Of a stretch of 64,000 bases of DNA, positions 1 to 9,585 are shown piece after piece. The notes below the pieces were generated by a model, which ran no database searches, was not told the origin of the DNA, and saw only the letters and a list, made by a program, of their open reading frames with translations. Each line of letters starts with the position of its first letter. The stretch's first letter is position 1. This stretch comes from an uncultured Bacilli bacterium (GTDB taxonomy: Bacteria; Bacillota_I; Bacilli_A; RF39; UBA660): positions 258 to 64,257 of the forward strand of contig CANRGD010000002.1 in NCBI GenBank assembly GCA_947630105.1, written 5' to 3'. Both the position numbers and the translations under genes were made by a program.

Positions 1-7
1 ATTATTT

Positions 8-709
8 ATGAAGATTATAAATAAAAGGGGATTTACTTTAATAGAATTGATTGTGGCAATTTCTATTTTAGGTATTATAACAGCTATGGCAATTCCTTCT
101 ATAATGACTTTGACTAATAATAATAGAAATAAAAAATATGAGCGTTTTGCTGATACATTGATTACAAGTGCTAAATTATATACTGATGCTAATAGTATTG
201 ATATGTTTGGTAATGATGAAGTAGGGTGCGAATCTATTTCATTTGAGCAGTTAAAAACAAAATATTTGGTTAAAGATATTCAGTATAAAGATATAACATG
301 TAAAGAAGACACTTCTATAATAGTAAAAAAAGATAAAGATAAATTTAAGTATCAAGTATTATTAGTGTGTAAGGATACTAAGGGGAAAATTCAATATAAA
401 AATACAGAAAATAGAATTTGCCAAGTTGGTGCAAATACTTCTCCGTCAGCATCAACAAGACCATCAGCTAGTTCTACTCCATCAGCATCAGTAACTCCGT
501 CAGCAAGTTCTACACCATCGGCATCAGCTACTCCATCAGCAAGTTCTACACCATCGGCATCAGCAACTCCATCATCTTCAGCAAGACCATCTGCATCAGC
601 GACTCCATCATCTTCAGCAAGACCATCGGCATCAGCAACTCCATCATCTTCAGCAAGACCATCTGCATCAACAACACCATCGGCTAGTACTAGGCCAACT
701 AGTACATAA
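8..709 (+). CDS. Type IV pilin / pseudopilin-like protein with a C-terminal Ser/Pro/Ala/Thr repeat tail
   Basis: The N-terminus MKIINKRG-FTLIELIVAISILGIITAMAIP is a prepilin class III signal (G/FTLIE with Glu at +5) followed by a hydrophobic helix. The last 90 aa are 15 hexapeptide repeats. Confidence 0.85.
   Translation: MKIINKRGFTLIELIVAISILGIITAMAIPSIMTLTNNNRNKKYERFADTLITSAKLYTDANSIDMFGNDEVGCESISFEQLKTKYLVKDIQYKDITCKEDTSIIVKKDKDKFKYQVLLVCKDTKGKIQYKNTENRICQVGANTSPSASTRPSASSTPSASVTPSASSTPSASATPSASSTPSASATPSSSARPSASATPSSSARPSASATPSSSARPSASTTPSASTRPTST
437..706 (+). repeat. 15 x 18-nt in-frame tandem repeat (xTPSAS units), including 3 near-identical 36-nt units at 563-670
   Basis: Direct reading of the DNA and its translation. 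Periodicity is exactly 18 nt, and the segment is visibly more GC-rich than its flanks. Confidence 0.9.
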
Positions 710-723
710 AATAGGAGGTATAT

Positions 724-2097
724 ATGGAAATTAAAAAAGATTTAAATAAATATATTTTTAGAGCTTATGATATACGTGGAAAAGTTCCTACGGAAATAGA
801 TGAAGATACTGCATATACAATTGGAATAGGTTTTGGGAGTTATATCAAAGAGCTTGGTAAGAGTAGTTGTGTTATAGCTCATGATAATAGATTAAGTTCT
901 CCAATGCTATATAATGCTTTACAAATGGGAATATTACAAACAGGTATTAATGTAATTTCTTTAGGACTTTGTACAACTCCGATGTATTATTATGCATGTA
1001 TTAAATTAAAAATTTATAGTGGTATTATGGTTACTGCTTCTCATAATCCTAAAGATGAAAATGGATTTAAATTTGCAATAAATGAATGCGGTAATTGTAA
1101 GGGAGAAGAAATAACGGATTTTTTAAATTATATTTTAAAAGGAAACTTTTCTTATGGAAAAGGAACTTTAACGGAATACAATATTTATAATGATTATATA
1201 GAATTATTTAGAGCAAATTTAAAATTTGGTTCGCGTCGGTTAAAAGTAGTTATAGATCCTGCTAATGGAACTACTAGTATTATAGCTAAAAAAATATATG
1301 AATTATTTCCCATTGATTTAATTGTTATTAATGGTAAAAGTGATGGGAATTTTCCTAATCATCATCCAGATCCTAGTATAGAGGATAATTTAGAACAATT
1401 AAAAGTTGCGGTTAGAGAAAATAAGGCTGATGTAGGATTGTCATTTGATGGTGATGGTGATAGGGTAGGAATTGTTTCTAATTCTTCTACTTATATTTCT
1501 ATAGAAAAATATATGATTATTGTTATACGAGATATTATTAATAAAGTAGCCAAAAAAGAATTTTTATATGATGTAAAATGTTCTAAATGTTTAAGTGATG
1601 AAATTACTAGATTAGGTGCTAAAGGAGTATGTTATAGATCAGGAAATTCTTATACTAAAGCAGCTGTTAAGGAGTTAGATTTACCTTTTGGTGGAGAACA
1701 ATCAGGACATATTTTCTTTAGAGATCGTTGGTTAGGATTTGATAGTGGTTTATATGCTGGACTTCGTCTTTTGGAAATTCTTTCAAAAACAAATTTAAGT
1801 GTTGATGAATTAATAAATGATATTGAAAAATATTATAATAGGTCAATAACTATTCCATGTTCTGATAATATAAAATTTATTGTTGTAGATAAAATGGAAG
1901 AATATGTGAAAGAAAAAAAATATAATTATTTAAAAATTGATGGTATTAAAGTTATATTTGATGATAGTTGGATTCTTGTTAGAGCTTCTAATACAGGACC
2001 TAATTTAACTGTTTTTTTAGAAGCTAAGACAGAGGAAAAATTAGAAAAATTAAAAGAAGAATTTTTAACATTGATAGATAAATATAATCAATATTAG
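724..2097 (+). CDS. Phosphoglucomutase/phosphomannomutase family protein
   Basis: Carries the TASHNPKDENGFKF phosphoserine loop, the FDGDGDR metal-binding loop and the GGEQSGH sugar loop. An AGGAGG RBS lies upstream. Confidence 0.9.
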   Translation: MEIKKDLNKYIFRAYDIRGKVPTEIDEDTAYTIGIGFGSYIKELGKSSCVIAHDNRLSSPMLYNALQMGILQTGINVISLGLCTTPMYYYACIKLKIYSGIMVTASHNPKDENGFKFAINECGNCKGEEITDFLNYILKGNFSYGKGTLTEYNIYNDYIELFRANLKFGSRRLKVVIDPANGTTSIIAKKIYELFPIDLIVINGKSDGNFPNHHPDPSIEDNLEQLKVAVRENKADVGLSFDGDGDRVGIVSNSSTYISIEKYMIIVIRDIINKVAKKEFLYDVKCSKCLSDEITRLGAKGVCYRSGNSYTKAAVKELDLPFGGEQSGHIFFRDRWLGFDSGLYAGLRLLEILSKTNLSVDELINDIEKYYNRSITIPCSDNIKFIVVDKMEEYVKEKKYNYLKIDGIKVIFDDSWILVRASNTGPNLTVFLEAKTEEKLEKLKEEFLTLIDKYNQY

Positions 2098-2113
2098 TTA
2101 AATTCTTTTTTTC

Positions 2114-2141
2114 TTGACAAAAAAAATAACTTTTATATAAT
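2114..2141 (+). promoter_or_regulatory. Sigma-A type promoter (TTGACA-16-TATAAT)
   Basis: TTGACA at 2114-2119 and TATAAT at 2136-2141, upstream of the 2166 ORF and its GAGGA RBS. Confidence 0.55.
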
Positions 2142-2165
2142 AAATAAAGAAATGAGGAATTAATT

Positions 2166-2645
2166 ATGTCTAAAAAAAATAATAATACTGTTTTGACAAT
2201 AGCTTTTAGTGTAAATCCGGAAAATCCTGCTATTTATGAATTTTTTAATAATGATATTAAAGAGTTAAAAGATTTAAAAATTCCTGAAAAACCAGTGGCA
2301 GCTCAGATTATGGTGACTGAAATGGAAGAAAATAAAAAAATTAAACATTTTAAACAACAACATCTTTTTTATATGGTTGGATATGAAGCTGAGGCAATTG
2401 ATGTTTTCTTAAATCCTAGTTTTTATAATATTCTTGATTCTCAAGGATTTGTAGAAAAATGTGCTTTAGAAGCAAATGGTATGATGGCTGTTTATGAAAC
2501 TCCAAGTGGACGTTTAATGACTTGCGTTGATGATGAAGCGGTTAAAGTTTTTCCTACTTCAGCTGATTTAGTTGATGCTGTTATTGAATATGCTACTGAA
2601 TTTTTAGCTACAAAAGGAGAAAAGGTTAAAAAATTAAATAAGTAA
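2166..2645 (+). CDS. Hypothetical protein (159 aa)
   Basis: Clean ORF with its own promoter and RBS. No motif recognised. Confidence 0.6.
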   Translation: MSKKNNNTVLTIAFSVNPENPAIYEFFNNDIKELKDLKIPEKPVAAQIMVTEMEENKKIKHFKQQHLFYMVGYEAEAIDVFLNPSFYNILDSQGFVEKCALEANGMMAVYETPSGRLMTCVDDEAVKVFPTSADLVDAVIEYATEFLATKGEKVKKLNK

Positions 2646-2725
2646 ATAAGGCTGTCAACTCTTCTTAAGAATATTGAAAATCATTCTTAAAATATGCTAT
2701 ATTTTATGTAAGATGATAAATATTT

Positions 2726-2747
2726 CTACATAAAATGTAGTTTTTTT
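2726..2747 (+). terminator. Rho-independent terminator-like hairpin (CTACAT-AAA-ATGTAG followed by T7)
   Basis: 6-bp stem followed by seven T residues. Its left arm is shared with an alternative 10-bp pairing (2701-2710 with 2727-2736). Confidence 0.45.
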
Positions 2748-2750
2748 AAT

Positions 2751-4799
2751 GTGAAAGGATGTAATAAGGTGGCTATTAGTGATATTGAATTTCAAAAGGA
2801 AAGTAAAATTTTAGCTAAAGTAGGGTTACTTTTAAATAATACTTTAAATCAATTAGCCGATGAAGTACAAATAGGAGAAGAGAATCTTTTAGAATTTAAA
2901 AAAATGATGTGGGAAAATACTACTAATTTTGATACTTTAGAACAAGTTCAAACAAATTTAGCTACTTCTTTAGAAGAACAGAAATCTTTATTTAAAAAAA
3001 AGCATTATCAAACTCTTGAAAGAATAAGAAATAAACCTTATTTTGCTTCTATAGTATTTAAAGATGATGATGGCACTATAAATAATATTTATATGGCTTT
3101 AACTTACTTAAAAGATAATAATTCAAATAATATTTTATATGATTGGCGAAGCCCTATTTGTAGTTTATTTTATGATTATGAAACTGGTCCTTGTGAGTAT
3201 GAAGCGCCAGGAGGTATTTTTAAAGGAGAATTAAAAAGAAAAAGGCAATATAAAATTGCTGATAATAAATTGCTTGGAGTTTTTGATAATTCTTTAAATA
3301 TAAGTGATGAAGTATTACAAGAAGTTTTGGCTAATGAATCAAATGAAAAAATGAAAAATGTTGTTAATACTATTCAATTGGAACAAAATAGAATTATTAG
3401 AAATTTAGAAGATAACAATTTAATTGTGCAAGGAATAGCTGGCAGTGGAAAAACAACAGTTGCTTTGCATAGAATAGCCTTTTTATTATATAGATTAAAA
3501 GATTTATCTAGTAACAATATTTTAATTTTTTCTCCGAACAATATCTTTGCCGAATATATTTCTGATGTTTTACCTTCCTTAGGAGAAGCTAATACCTTAC
3601 AGACTACTTTTAATGATTATTTAGAAACTTTTATTACAGAATATAAAAGTATAGAAACATTTACGGATTTTGTTGCGCGTTATTATTCTTATGCTGATGA
3701 TTTTTATGAATTAATTAAATATAAACAAAGTGATGAAATTATAACTGATTTAAACAATTATTTAGATAATTATATTAAAAATTGCTGTTTTAGTTCTTCT
3801 TTTAAAGAAGGAGAAAAAAATATAATTGCTAAAGATATGCTTAATGAATTACTTCATAATAAATATAATAGATTGCCTTTATTTGAAAGAGTAGAGGAAA
3901 TTGCTCAAAAATTATCAGAAAGATTATATAAGTCTTCAACAAAAAAATATAAAACGTTTTTAAAATTATTATATAAAAATGCTAATTTTACGAAAGATTA
4001 TAAAAAAATATATAAAAATTTTTGGCTAAGTGAATTTAGTAAAATAAAATTACCTGAAAAATTAATATCTTCTTTTCTTAATAAAGATTCTATTAATTAT
4101 GAAGATGCTTTATTATTTGCTTATATTAAGGGAAAATTAGAAGGTTTTATTTATGAGAGTAGTATTAAACAAGTTGTTATTGATGAGGCACAAGATTATA
4201 ATAAATTGCAATATATTATTATAAAAAATATTTTTAAAAAAGCAGATTTTACTATTTTAGGAGATATTAATCAAAATATTAATCCTTATTATTCATATAA
4301 GACTTTAAATGAATTAAATGATATATTTACTGAGGATACTAAATATTTAGAATTATTAAAAACATATCGTTCATCTCCAGAAATTATAGCTTATACGAAT
4401 AAAATACTTAATTTAAAACATGTTAATGCTATTAGAAGGGATAATAATAAACCGGTAGTTATTCGTAGAAATATTTCTAACTTAAAAGAAAGTATTATTG
4501 CTGATATAAAAACTTTACAAGCAAGTTATAAAAGTACGGCTATTATTACTAAAGATAGTAAGGAAGCAACAAAAATATATAATTTAATAAAAAATGATAT
4601 AGATATTACTTTACTTGGTGCAAATGATAAAAATTTTAAGAAAGATTTAATTATTATTCCAGCTTATACTGCTAAGGGGTTAGAATTTGATAGTGTTATA
4701 ATTTATAATGATCGAAAAAATTCTTATCGCCAAAATGAAAGAAATCTTTTATATGTTGCTTGTACTAGATCACAGCATGAGTTATACATATATAATTAA
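2751..4799 (+). CDS. HelD-like UvrD-family helicase (RNA polymerase-associated helicase IV type)
   Basis: Walker A context QGIAGSGKTTVALHRIAFLLY, VIDEAQDY, and a UvrD C-terminal AKGLEFDSVII...LLYVACTRSQHELYIY. The start codon is uncertain because GTG 2751 abuts a terminator T-run. Confidence 0.7.
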   Translation: MKGCNKVAISDIEFQKESKILAKVGLLLNNTLNQLADEVQIGEENLLEFKKMMWENTTNFDTLEQVQTNLATSLEEQKSLFKKKHYQTLERIRNKPYFASIVFKDDDGTINNIYMALTYLKDNNSNNILYDWRSPICSLFYDYETGPCEYEAPGGIFKGELKRKRQYKIADNKLLGVFDNSLNISDEVLQEVLANESNEKMKNVVNTIQLEQNRIIRNLEDNNLIVQGIAGSGKTTVALHRIAFLLYRLKDLSSNNILIFSPNNIFAEYISDVLPSLGEANTLQTTFNDYLETFITEYKSIETFTDFVARYYSYADDFYELIKYKQSDEIITDLNNYLDNYIKNCCFSSSFKEGEKNIIAKDMLNELLHNKYNRLPLFERVEEIAQKLSERLYKSSTKKYKTFLKLLYKNANFTKDYKKIYKNFWLSEFSKIKLPEKLISSFLNKDSINYEDALLFAYIKGKLEGFIYESSIKQVVIDEAQDYNKLQYIIIKNIFKKADFTILGDINQNINPYYSYKTLNELNDIFTEDTKYLELLKTYRSSPEIIAYTNKILNLKHVNAIRRDNNKPVVIRRNISNLKESIIADIKTLQASYKSTAIITKDSKEATKIYNLIKNDIDITLLGANDKNFKKDLIIIPAYTAKGLEFDSVIIYNDRKNSYRQNERNLLYVACTRSQHELYIYN

Positions 4800-4804
4800 C
4801 TTAA

Positions 4805-5386
4805 TTATTTGAAGAGTGTATGGGAATAAAAACCAAAGATAATTCCTACAATGGCACCAATTAAATGACCTAGATGAGAAACATTATCATTATTTTTTAA
4901 AAATAAATTTTTTATTTCGCTAGTTAAATAGAATATAAAAATAAAGATTAATGTTAAAGGTATTTTCCCAACTTCAAAATTAACAAAAGAACTTAAAACT
5001 ATAAGCATATATAAAATTCCACTAGATCCCCAGATCCATTTTTTACTAAATATAAAGTTTATAAGAGCAATACTTATGGCACAAACTATTATCATTTTTA
5101 ATAAGAGTATACTTCCATATCTTTCTTCAATAAGTGGACCAATTAATAAAATGGTAATAAAATTACTGGAAAAGTGATCCCAATTTTTATGTCCAAATAT
5201 ATGACTGATGAAGCCAAAGTATGTTAAAGGATTTAATAAAGAACTTCTACCAGAACAAAAATATTTTTCTGTTTTGCCTTTTGTTAAAAAATTTAAAAAT
5301 AAAATTCCTAAGCAAATAAAGAAATAACTTAAAATTATGATGGAATTATATTGAAAATAGTTTAAGATATTAGTAATTTTATTCAT
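4805..5386 (-). CDS. Rhomboid family intramembrane serine protease
   Basis: Polytopic membrane protein with WGSSGILY (GxSG catalytic Ser) and HLGHLIGAIVG (catalytic His). Confidence 0.8.
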   Translation of the reverse strand: MNKITNILNYFQYNSIIILSYFFICLGILFLNFLTKGKTEKYFCSGRSSLLNPLTYFGFISHIFGHKNWDHFSSNFITILLIGPLIEERYGSILLLKMIIVCAISIALINFIFSKKWIWGSSGILYMLIVLSSFVNFEVGKIPLTLIFIFIFYLTSEIKNLFLKNNDNVSHLGHLIGAIVGIIFGFYSHTLFK

Positions 5387-5528
5387 ATTAATCTCATCCC
5401 TTTTTTATTTTTTATTTTCTAAGTGAATTATTACTTATAATAAACATAACTTAAAAAAATTAAAAATTCAATATCTTGTTAGGAAAATTTAGTAATATGA
5501 TATAATATAAATAATTGGAGGATAAATT

Positions 5529-7277
5529 ATGCGATTATTTAGAGATTTATTAACTAAAATTTTTAAAGATAGAACTAAAAGTGAACCGTGGCTTGCTTAT
5601 TATTCAAAAGAAGATCGGAAAATAAAATTTACAGAGCAAACAATATATGAATATTTAAAAAGTAGTGTAGGAGAAGATAAAGATTTTGTAGCTTTAAATT
5701 ATTTTGGATATAAAATTAGTTATAATGAATTGTTTAGTAAAGTAGAACAATGTAGTAAAGCACTACGATATTTTGGGGTAAAAAAAGATGATATTGTTAC
5801 AATTTGTTTACCAAATATGCCAGAAGCAGTTATTGCTTTTTATGCTTGTAATAATATTGGGGCAATTGCGGATATGGTTCATCCTTTATCTTCAGAAGAA
5901 CAAATTAAAAACTATTTATTAGAATCAAAATCTCGAATTTTAATTATGGTTGATTTTAATTATCAAAAATATAAAAATGTTTTATTAGATACTTTAGTAT
6001 ATAAAACTGTTTTAGTCTCTCCTAAAGAATCAATGCCTCCTTTATTAAGTATTGGTTATCAAATTACTCGAGGAATAAAAACTAAAAAACCGAAATTTGA
6101 TAAAGATTATATGACTTGGAATGATTTTTTATTAAAAGGATTAAGCTATAGTAAACCTTATAAAAATACAATGAAAGCTTCTGATGTAGCAGTTATTTTG
6201 CATAGTGGAGGAACAACAGGAATTCCTAAAGGTATTATGCTTTCAAATTATAATTTTAATGCTGAGGCACAACAAGGAGGAGTTAATGTTTATAATATAA
6301 GACCTAAAGATAAAATAGTTACAATTTTACCTAATTTTCATGGGTTTGGGTTATGTGTATGTATGCATTGTCCCCTTTGTTTAAAGGTGGAAACTATTCT
6401 TATTCCAGAATTTGAAGCTAAAAGATTTCATAAAATTATGAAAAATTATCGACCTAATGCCTTAGCAGGAGTTCCAACATTATGGGAAGCAATGCTTAGT
6501 AATAAAAGATTTGAAGATATTGATTTATCGCCATTAAAATATATTATTAGTGGGGGAGATTATTTAACGATTGCAATGGAAGAAAAGATGAATAATTTTT
6601 TACATACGCATGGAGCTTCAATTTCTATTTCTAAGGGATATGGCATGACTGAATCAGTTGCTGCTACAGCATATACTTTTGATGGAACTAATGAACCAGG
6701 ATCTATAGGTATTCCTATGGTAGGAAATAAATTTACAATTTGTAAACCTGATTCTATAGAAGAATTACCTTTTGGAGAAGAAGGAGAAATTTGTGTATGT
6801 GGACCTACTGTGATGGTTGGGTATTTAAATAATGAAGAAGAAACTAAAAAAATTTTACGAAAGCATAAAGATGGTAAAATATGGTTACATTCAGGTGATT
6901 TAGGGTATATTACACCAGAAGGAATAATTTATTTTACACAACGACTTAAAAGAATGATTGTTACTAGTGGCTTTAATGTTTATCCAAATATGATTGAAGA
7001 AATTATAGAGGAACACAAGGATGTTCAAAAGTGTTGTGTAATTGGAATACCTCATCCTTATAAAATGCACGTTCCAAAAGCTTTTATTGTATTAAAAGAT
7101 AATGTTAAGCCAAGCTCAACCTTAAAAAAAGAATTAAAAGAATTATGTGGTAAACATTTAGCAGCTTATTCCATTCCAAAAGAATTTGAATTTAGAAAAG
7201 AATTACCTAAAACATTATATAGTAAAATAGATTTTAAAAGATTAGAAAAAGAAGAATTAGAAAAATTAGCCAAGTAA
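5529..7277 (+). CDS. AMP-dependent synthetase/ligase (fatty-acid-CoA ligase-like)
   Basis: AMP-binding motif LHSGGTTGIPKG, plus GYGMTE and SGDLGY motifs. GGAGG RBS. Confidence 0.85.
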   Translation: MRLFRDLLTKIFKDRTKSEPWLAYYSKEDRKIKFTEQTIYEYLKSSVGEDKDFVALNYFGYKISYNELFSKVEQCSKALRYFGVKKDDIVTICLPNMPEAVIAFYACNNIGAIADMVHPLSSEEQIKNYLLESKSRILIMVDFNYQKYKNVLLDTLVYKTVLVSPKESMPPLLSIGYQITRGIKTKKPKFDKDYMTWNDFLLKGLSYSKPYKNTMKASDVAVILHSGGTTGIPKGIMLSNYNFNAEAQQGGVNVYNIRPKDKIVTILPNFHGFGLCVCMHCPLCLKVETILIPEFEAKRFHKIMKNYRPNALAGVPTLWEAMLSNKRFEDIDLSPLKYIISGGDYLTIAMEEKMNNFLHTHGASISISKGYGMTESVAATAYTFDGTNEPGSIGIPMVGNKFTICKPDSIEELPFGEEGEICVCGPTVMVGYLNNEEETKKILRKHKDGKIWLHSGDLGYITPEGIIYFTQRLKRMIVTSGFNVYPNMIEEIIEEHKDVQKCCVIGIPHPYKMHVPKAFIVLKDNVKPSSTLKKELKELCGKHLAAYSIPKEFEFRKELPKTLYSKIDFKRLEKEELEKLAK

Positions 7278-7401
7278 AATTAACTTAAAAATAAGCTTAA
7301 TTTTCTTAATTGCAACTTAAACTTTGCAACATTTCCAAGTAAACTTGCTAGAATGCAACTTACTTATTTGCTAAAATCTTACTTGAAAGAGGTGAAAATA
7401 T

Positions 7402-8979
7402 ATGAAATTTGGTGATAAATTAATTTCATTAAGAAAAAAACAAGGCCTATCTCAAGAAGAGTTAGCGGAAAAATTGAAAGTATCTAGACAATCAGTTTCT
7501 AAATGGGAGAGTAATAATACTTATCCTGAAACTGATAAAATTATTCAAATATGCAATATTTTTAATTGTAATATGGATGATTTAATAAATGATAAAATAA
7601 CTGATATAGATCAATTAGAAAGAGTATCTAAAAGTAAGTTAAATATTGATTCATTTTTAGAATTTCTTACTAAAACTATTAATGTTTTTTCTAATATGAG
7701 TTTTTCTTCCTGTTTAAAGTGCTTAGTGGAATTGTTTATTTTAGGTTTAATTTTATTTTTAGTGGGAGGATTTATTTATTCTATATTAGATTATATTCTT
7801 TTAAAAGCTTTTTCTTTTATAAATTATAAAAATGGATTAAGAAATTTATTAGAGGCTATTCTTATTTTAATATGGTTGGTATTTTCAATAATAATTTTAA
7901 TTTATTATTTTAAAGTAAAATATCTAGATGAATTTGAACAATTATCAATTAATAAAGAAAAAGAAACCACTAAAAAGTTAAATAATACAAAGCCTTTAAA
8001 AGAAGAAAAAAATAAAATAAAAGTTAATTTTAAACATGAGCCGTTTGCATTTTTATCCATTTTATCAAAAATTGGGCTTTTGGCGATAAAATTTATAACA
8101 ACTTTAATTATATGTTCATTTATATGTATTTTATTTATTTTTTTAGTAATCTTTATTATTTTAATACCTTTATGTTTGGATGCTACTTTAATTTTAGGTA
8201 TAAATATTTCTCTTTTTTCAACAATTATATTTATTGGGGTTTTAACTTTAGCAATGCTTTTCTTTATTTTTAATAAAAAAATTTCTTTTAAGGTTACCTT
8301 AATTACTACTACAACTTCATTTTTATTTATTGCTTTAGGTGTAGCAATAACCATTTTATGTTTAAAAGATATGACTTTTAAATCTAATAAAGATGAATAT
8401 ATTGAAAAACAAATGTATAAAAAAGAACTTACTTATAATGATAAGATGTTTTTTGAATTTAATGACTCTTATTATCCGGATATTAATTATATTATTGATA
8501 ATTCTTTAGAAACAAATAAAATACTTCTTAGTGCTGAGTATGATAAGGCTTTATTAAAGTTAAATTTAAATAATTCTATAGAATCTGATTTAGTAAATTA
8601 TACTTTAAATTTTGATAGTAATTATCAATTTAAAGATATTTATGAAGATTTTTCTAAAAATTTACGAAATAAAGTTGTTAAAAATTATTCTTATATACCT
8701 ATTAGTAATATTAAAATAAGGGCTAATGAAGAGACAATTAATAAGTTACTTGCTAATTATTCTAAATTGTATTTAGCTAATATAAATAAAACTTCTACAG
8801 GATATAAAGTAAAATATATTGATGATAAAATAGAGATTAATGGATGGTGTGATGTTGAATATTATGTAAATGCTAATAAATTAGAAATATATAATTCTGA
8901 TTGTATGTGTAAAAAAGAGACTATGGATACAAGATATGGTCAAAAAATTGTTTTTAATTGTCAAGAGATGGATGTTTAA
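7402..8979 (+). CDS. XRE-family HTH transcriptional regulator fused to a multi-pass membrane domain and an extracytoplasmic C-terminal domain
   Basis: N-terminus LSQEELAEKLKVSRQSVSKWESNNTYPETDKIIQICNIF is a Cro/C1 HTH, followed by about 6 hydrophobic segments. Confidence 0.8.
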   Translation: MKFGDKLISLRKKQGLSQEELAEKLKVSRQSVSKWESNNTYPETDKIIQICNIFNCNMDDLINDKITDIDQLERVSKSKLNIDSFLEFLTKTINVFSNMSFSSCLKCLVELFILGLILFLVGGFIYSILDYILLKAFSFINYKNGLRNLLEAILILIWLVFSIIILIYYFKVKYLDEFEQLSINKEKETTKKLNNTKPLKEEKNKIKVNFKHEPFAFLSILSKIGLLAIKFITTLIICSFICILFIFLVIFIILIPLCLDATLILGINISLFSTIIFIGVLTLAMLFFIFNKKISFKVTLITTTTSFLFIALGVAITILCLKDMTFKSNKDEYIEKQMYKKELTYNDKMFFEFNDSYYPDINYIIDNSLETNKILLSAEYDKALLKLNLNNSIESDLVNYTLNFDSNYQFKDIYEDFSKNLRNKVVKNYSYIPISNIKIRANEETINKLLANYSKLYLANINKTSTGYKVKYIDDKIEINGWCDVEYYVNANKLEIYNSDCMCKKETMDTRYGQKIVFNCQEMDV

Positions 8980-8981
8980 TA

Positions 8982-9404
8982 ATGAGGAGTAGAAAAAATA
9001 TGTTTAAGAAAATAATAGATATTAATAATGAAAATGAATTACATGCTTTTTATCGTAAATTATTTTTTTATAAAACATATTTTTTCTTTTTTACTAAATT
9101 TTATTTACCTGAAGATAAAGAAGACACTTATAATTTGGCAGTTCTGTTGACAGGCTTAAATATTAAAAACAGGCGGAAAAGAATTAATTATATTATAGAT
9201 GTTGCGTGTAGGGAGTTAGATGCTTATTATAATCCAAAAAATCTTTGTCAATTTAAAAAGGCTAAATGTTTATTACAACGACAAAAAAAAGAACCCTATT
9301 GTAATGGGTGCTGTCACAGATGTAGATATCAAAGCAAAGAGGGATGTCTTACTAAAAATGTTGCCTGTAAATTATTTTATTGCTCGAAAGCGCTAAAAAA
9401 CTAA
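8982..9404 (+). CDS. Cys-rich hypothetical protein, possibly interrupted by an in-frame TAA
   Basis: ORF with the CNGCCHRCRYQSKEGC...CKLFYC cluster. The same frame stays open for 69 more codons after the TAA at 9402. The start codon is uncertain (8982 or 9000). Confidence 0.5.
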   Translation: MRSRKNMFKKIIDINNENELHAFYRKLFFYKTYFFFFTKFYLPEDKEDTYNLAVLLTGLNIKNRRKRINYIIDVACRELDAYYNPKNLCQFKKAKCLLQRQKKEPYCNGCCHRCRYQSKEGCLTKNVACKLFYCSKALKN

Positions 9405-9585
9405 ATACCACTTAAAGTAAAGGATTTAAAAATATTGTCTCTTCTTAATTGTATGGAAAAATATATAATAGTTAATGATTATTTTTCTTCCGTAGAAGAA
9501 GTTAGTACGGATTTGTATTATGGTTTTATTATTGCAATGTTTAGAGTACCATATCGCCATTTAAAATATTTTTTTCTTAAAAAAA

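Noticed and set aside
2166-4799. Hypothetical protein plus UvrD-like helicase as a two-gene anti-phage defence system
   Set aside because: The helicase has HelD-type motifs (a housekeeping RNA-polymerase recycling factor). A terminator-like hairpin separates the two genes, and no nuclease or effector domain is evident.
7905-8354. 149-aa ORF antisense to the XRE-membrane protein gene
   Set aside because: It lies entirely inside a well-supported gene on the other strand and has a low-complexity K/I/F-rich translation typical of AT-rich shadow frames. The same reasoning applies to the other antisense or overlapping track ORFs: 18652-18858, 25333-25602, 28544-28729, 34270-34464, 34477-34662, 37146-37343, 38057-38278, 40502-40684, 41894-42094, 42596-42850, 44551-44778, 48371-48565, 49856-50041, 51620-51847, 51863-52072, 53669-53887, 58454-58660, 62121-62312 and 62721-62957.
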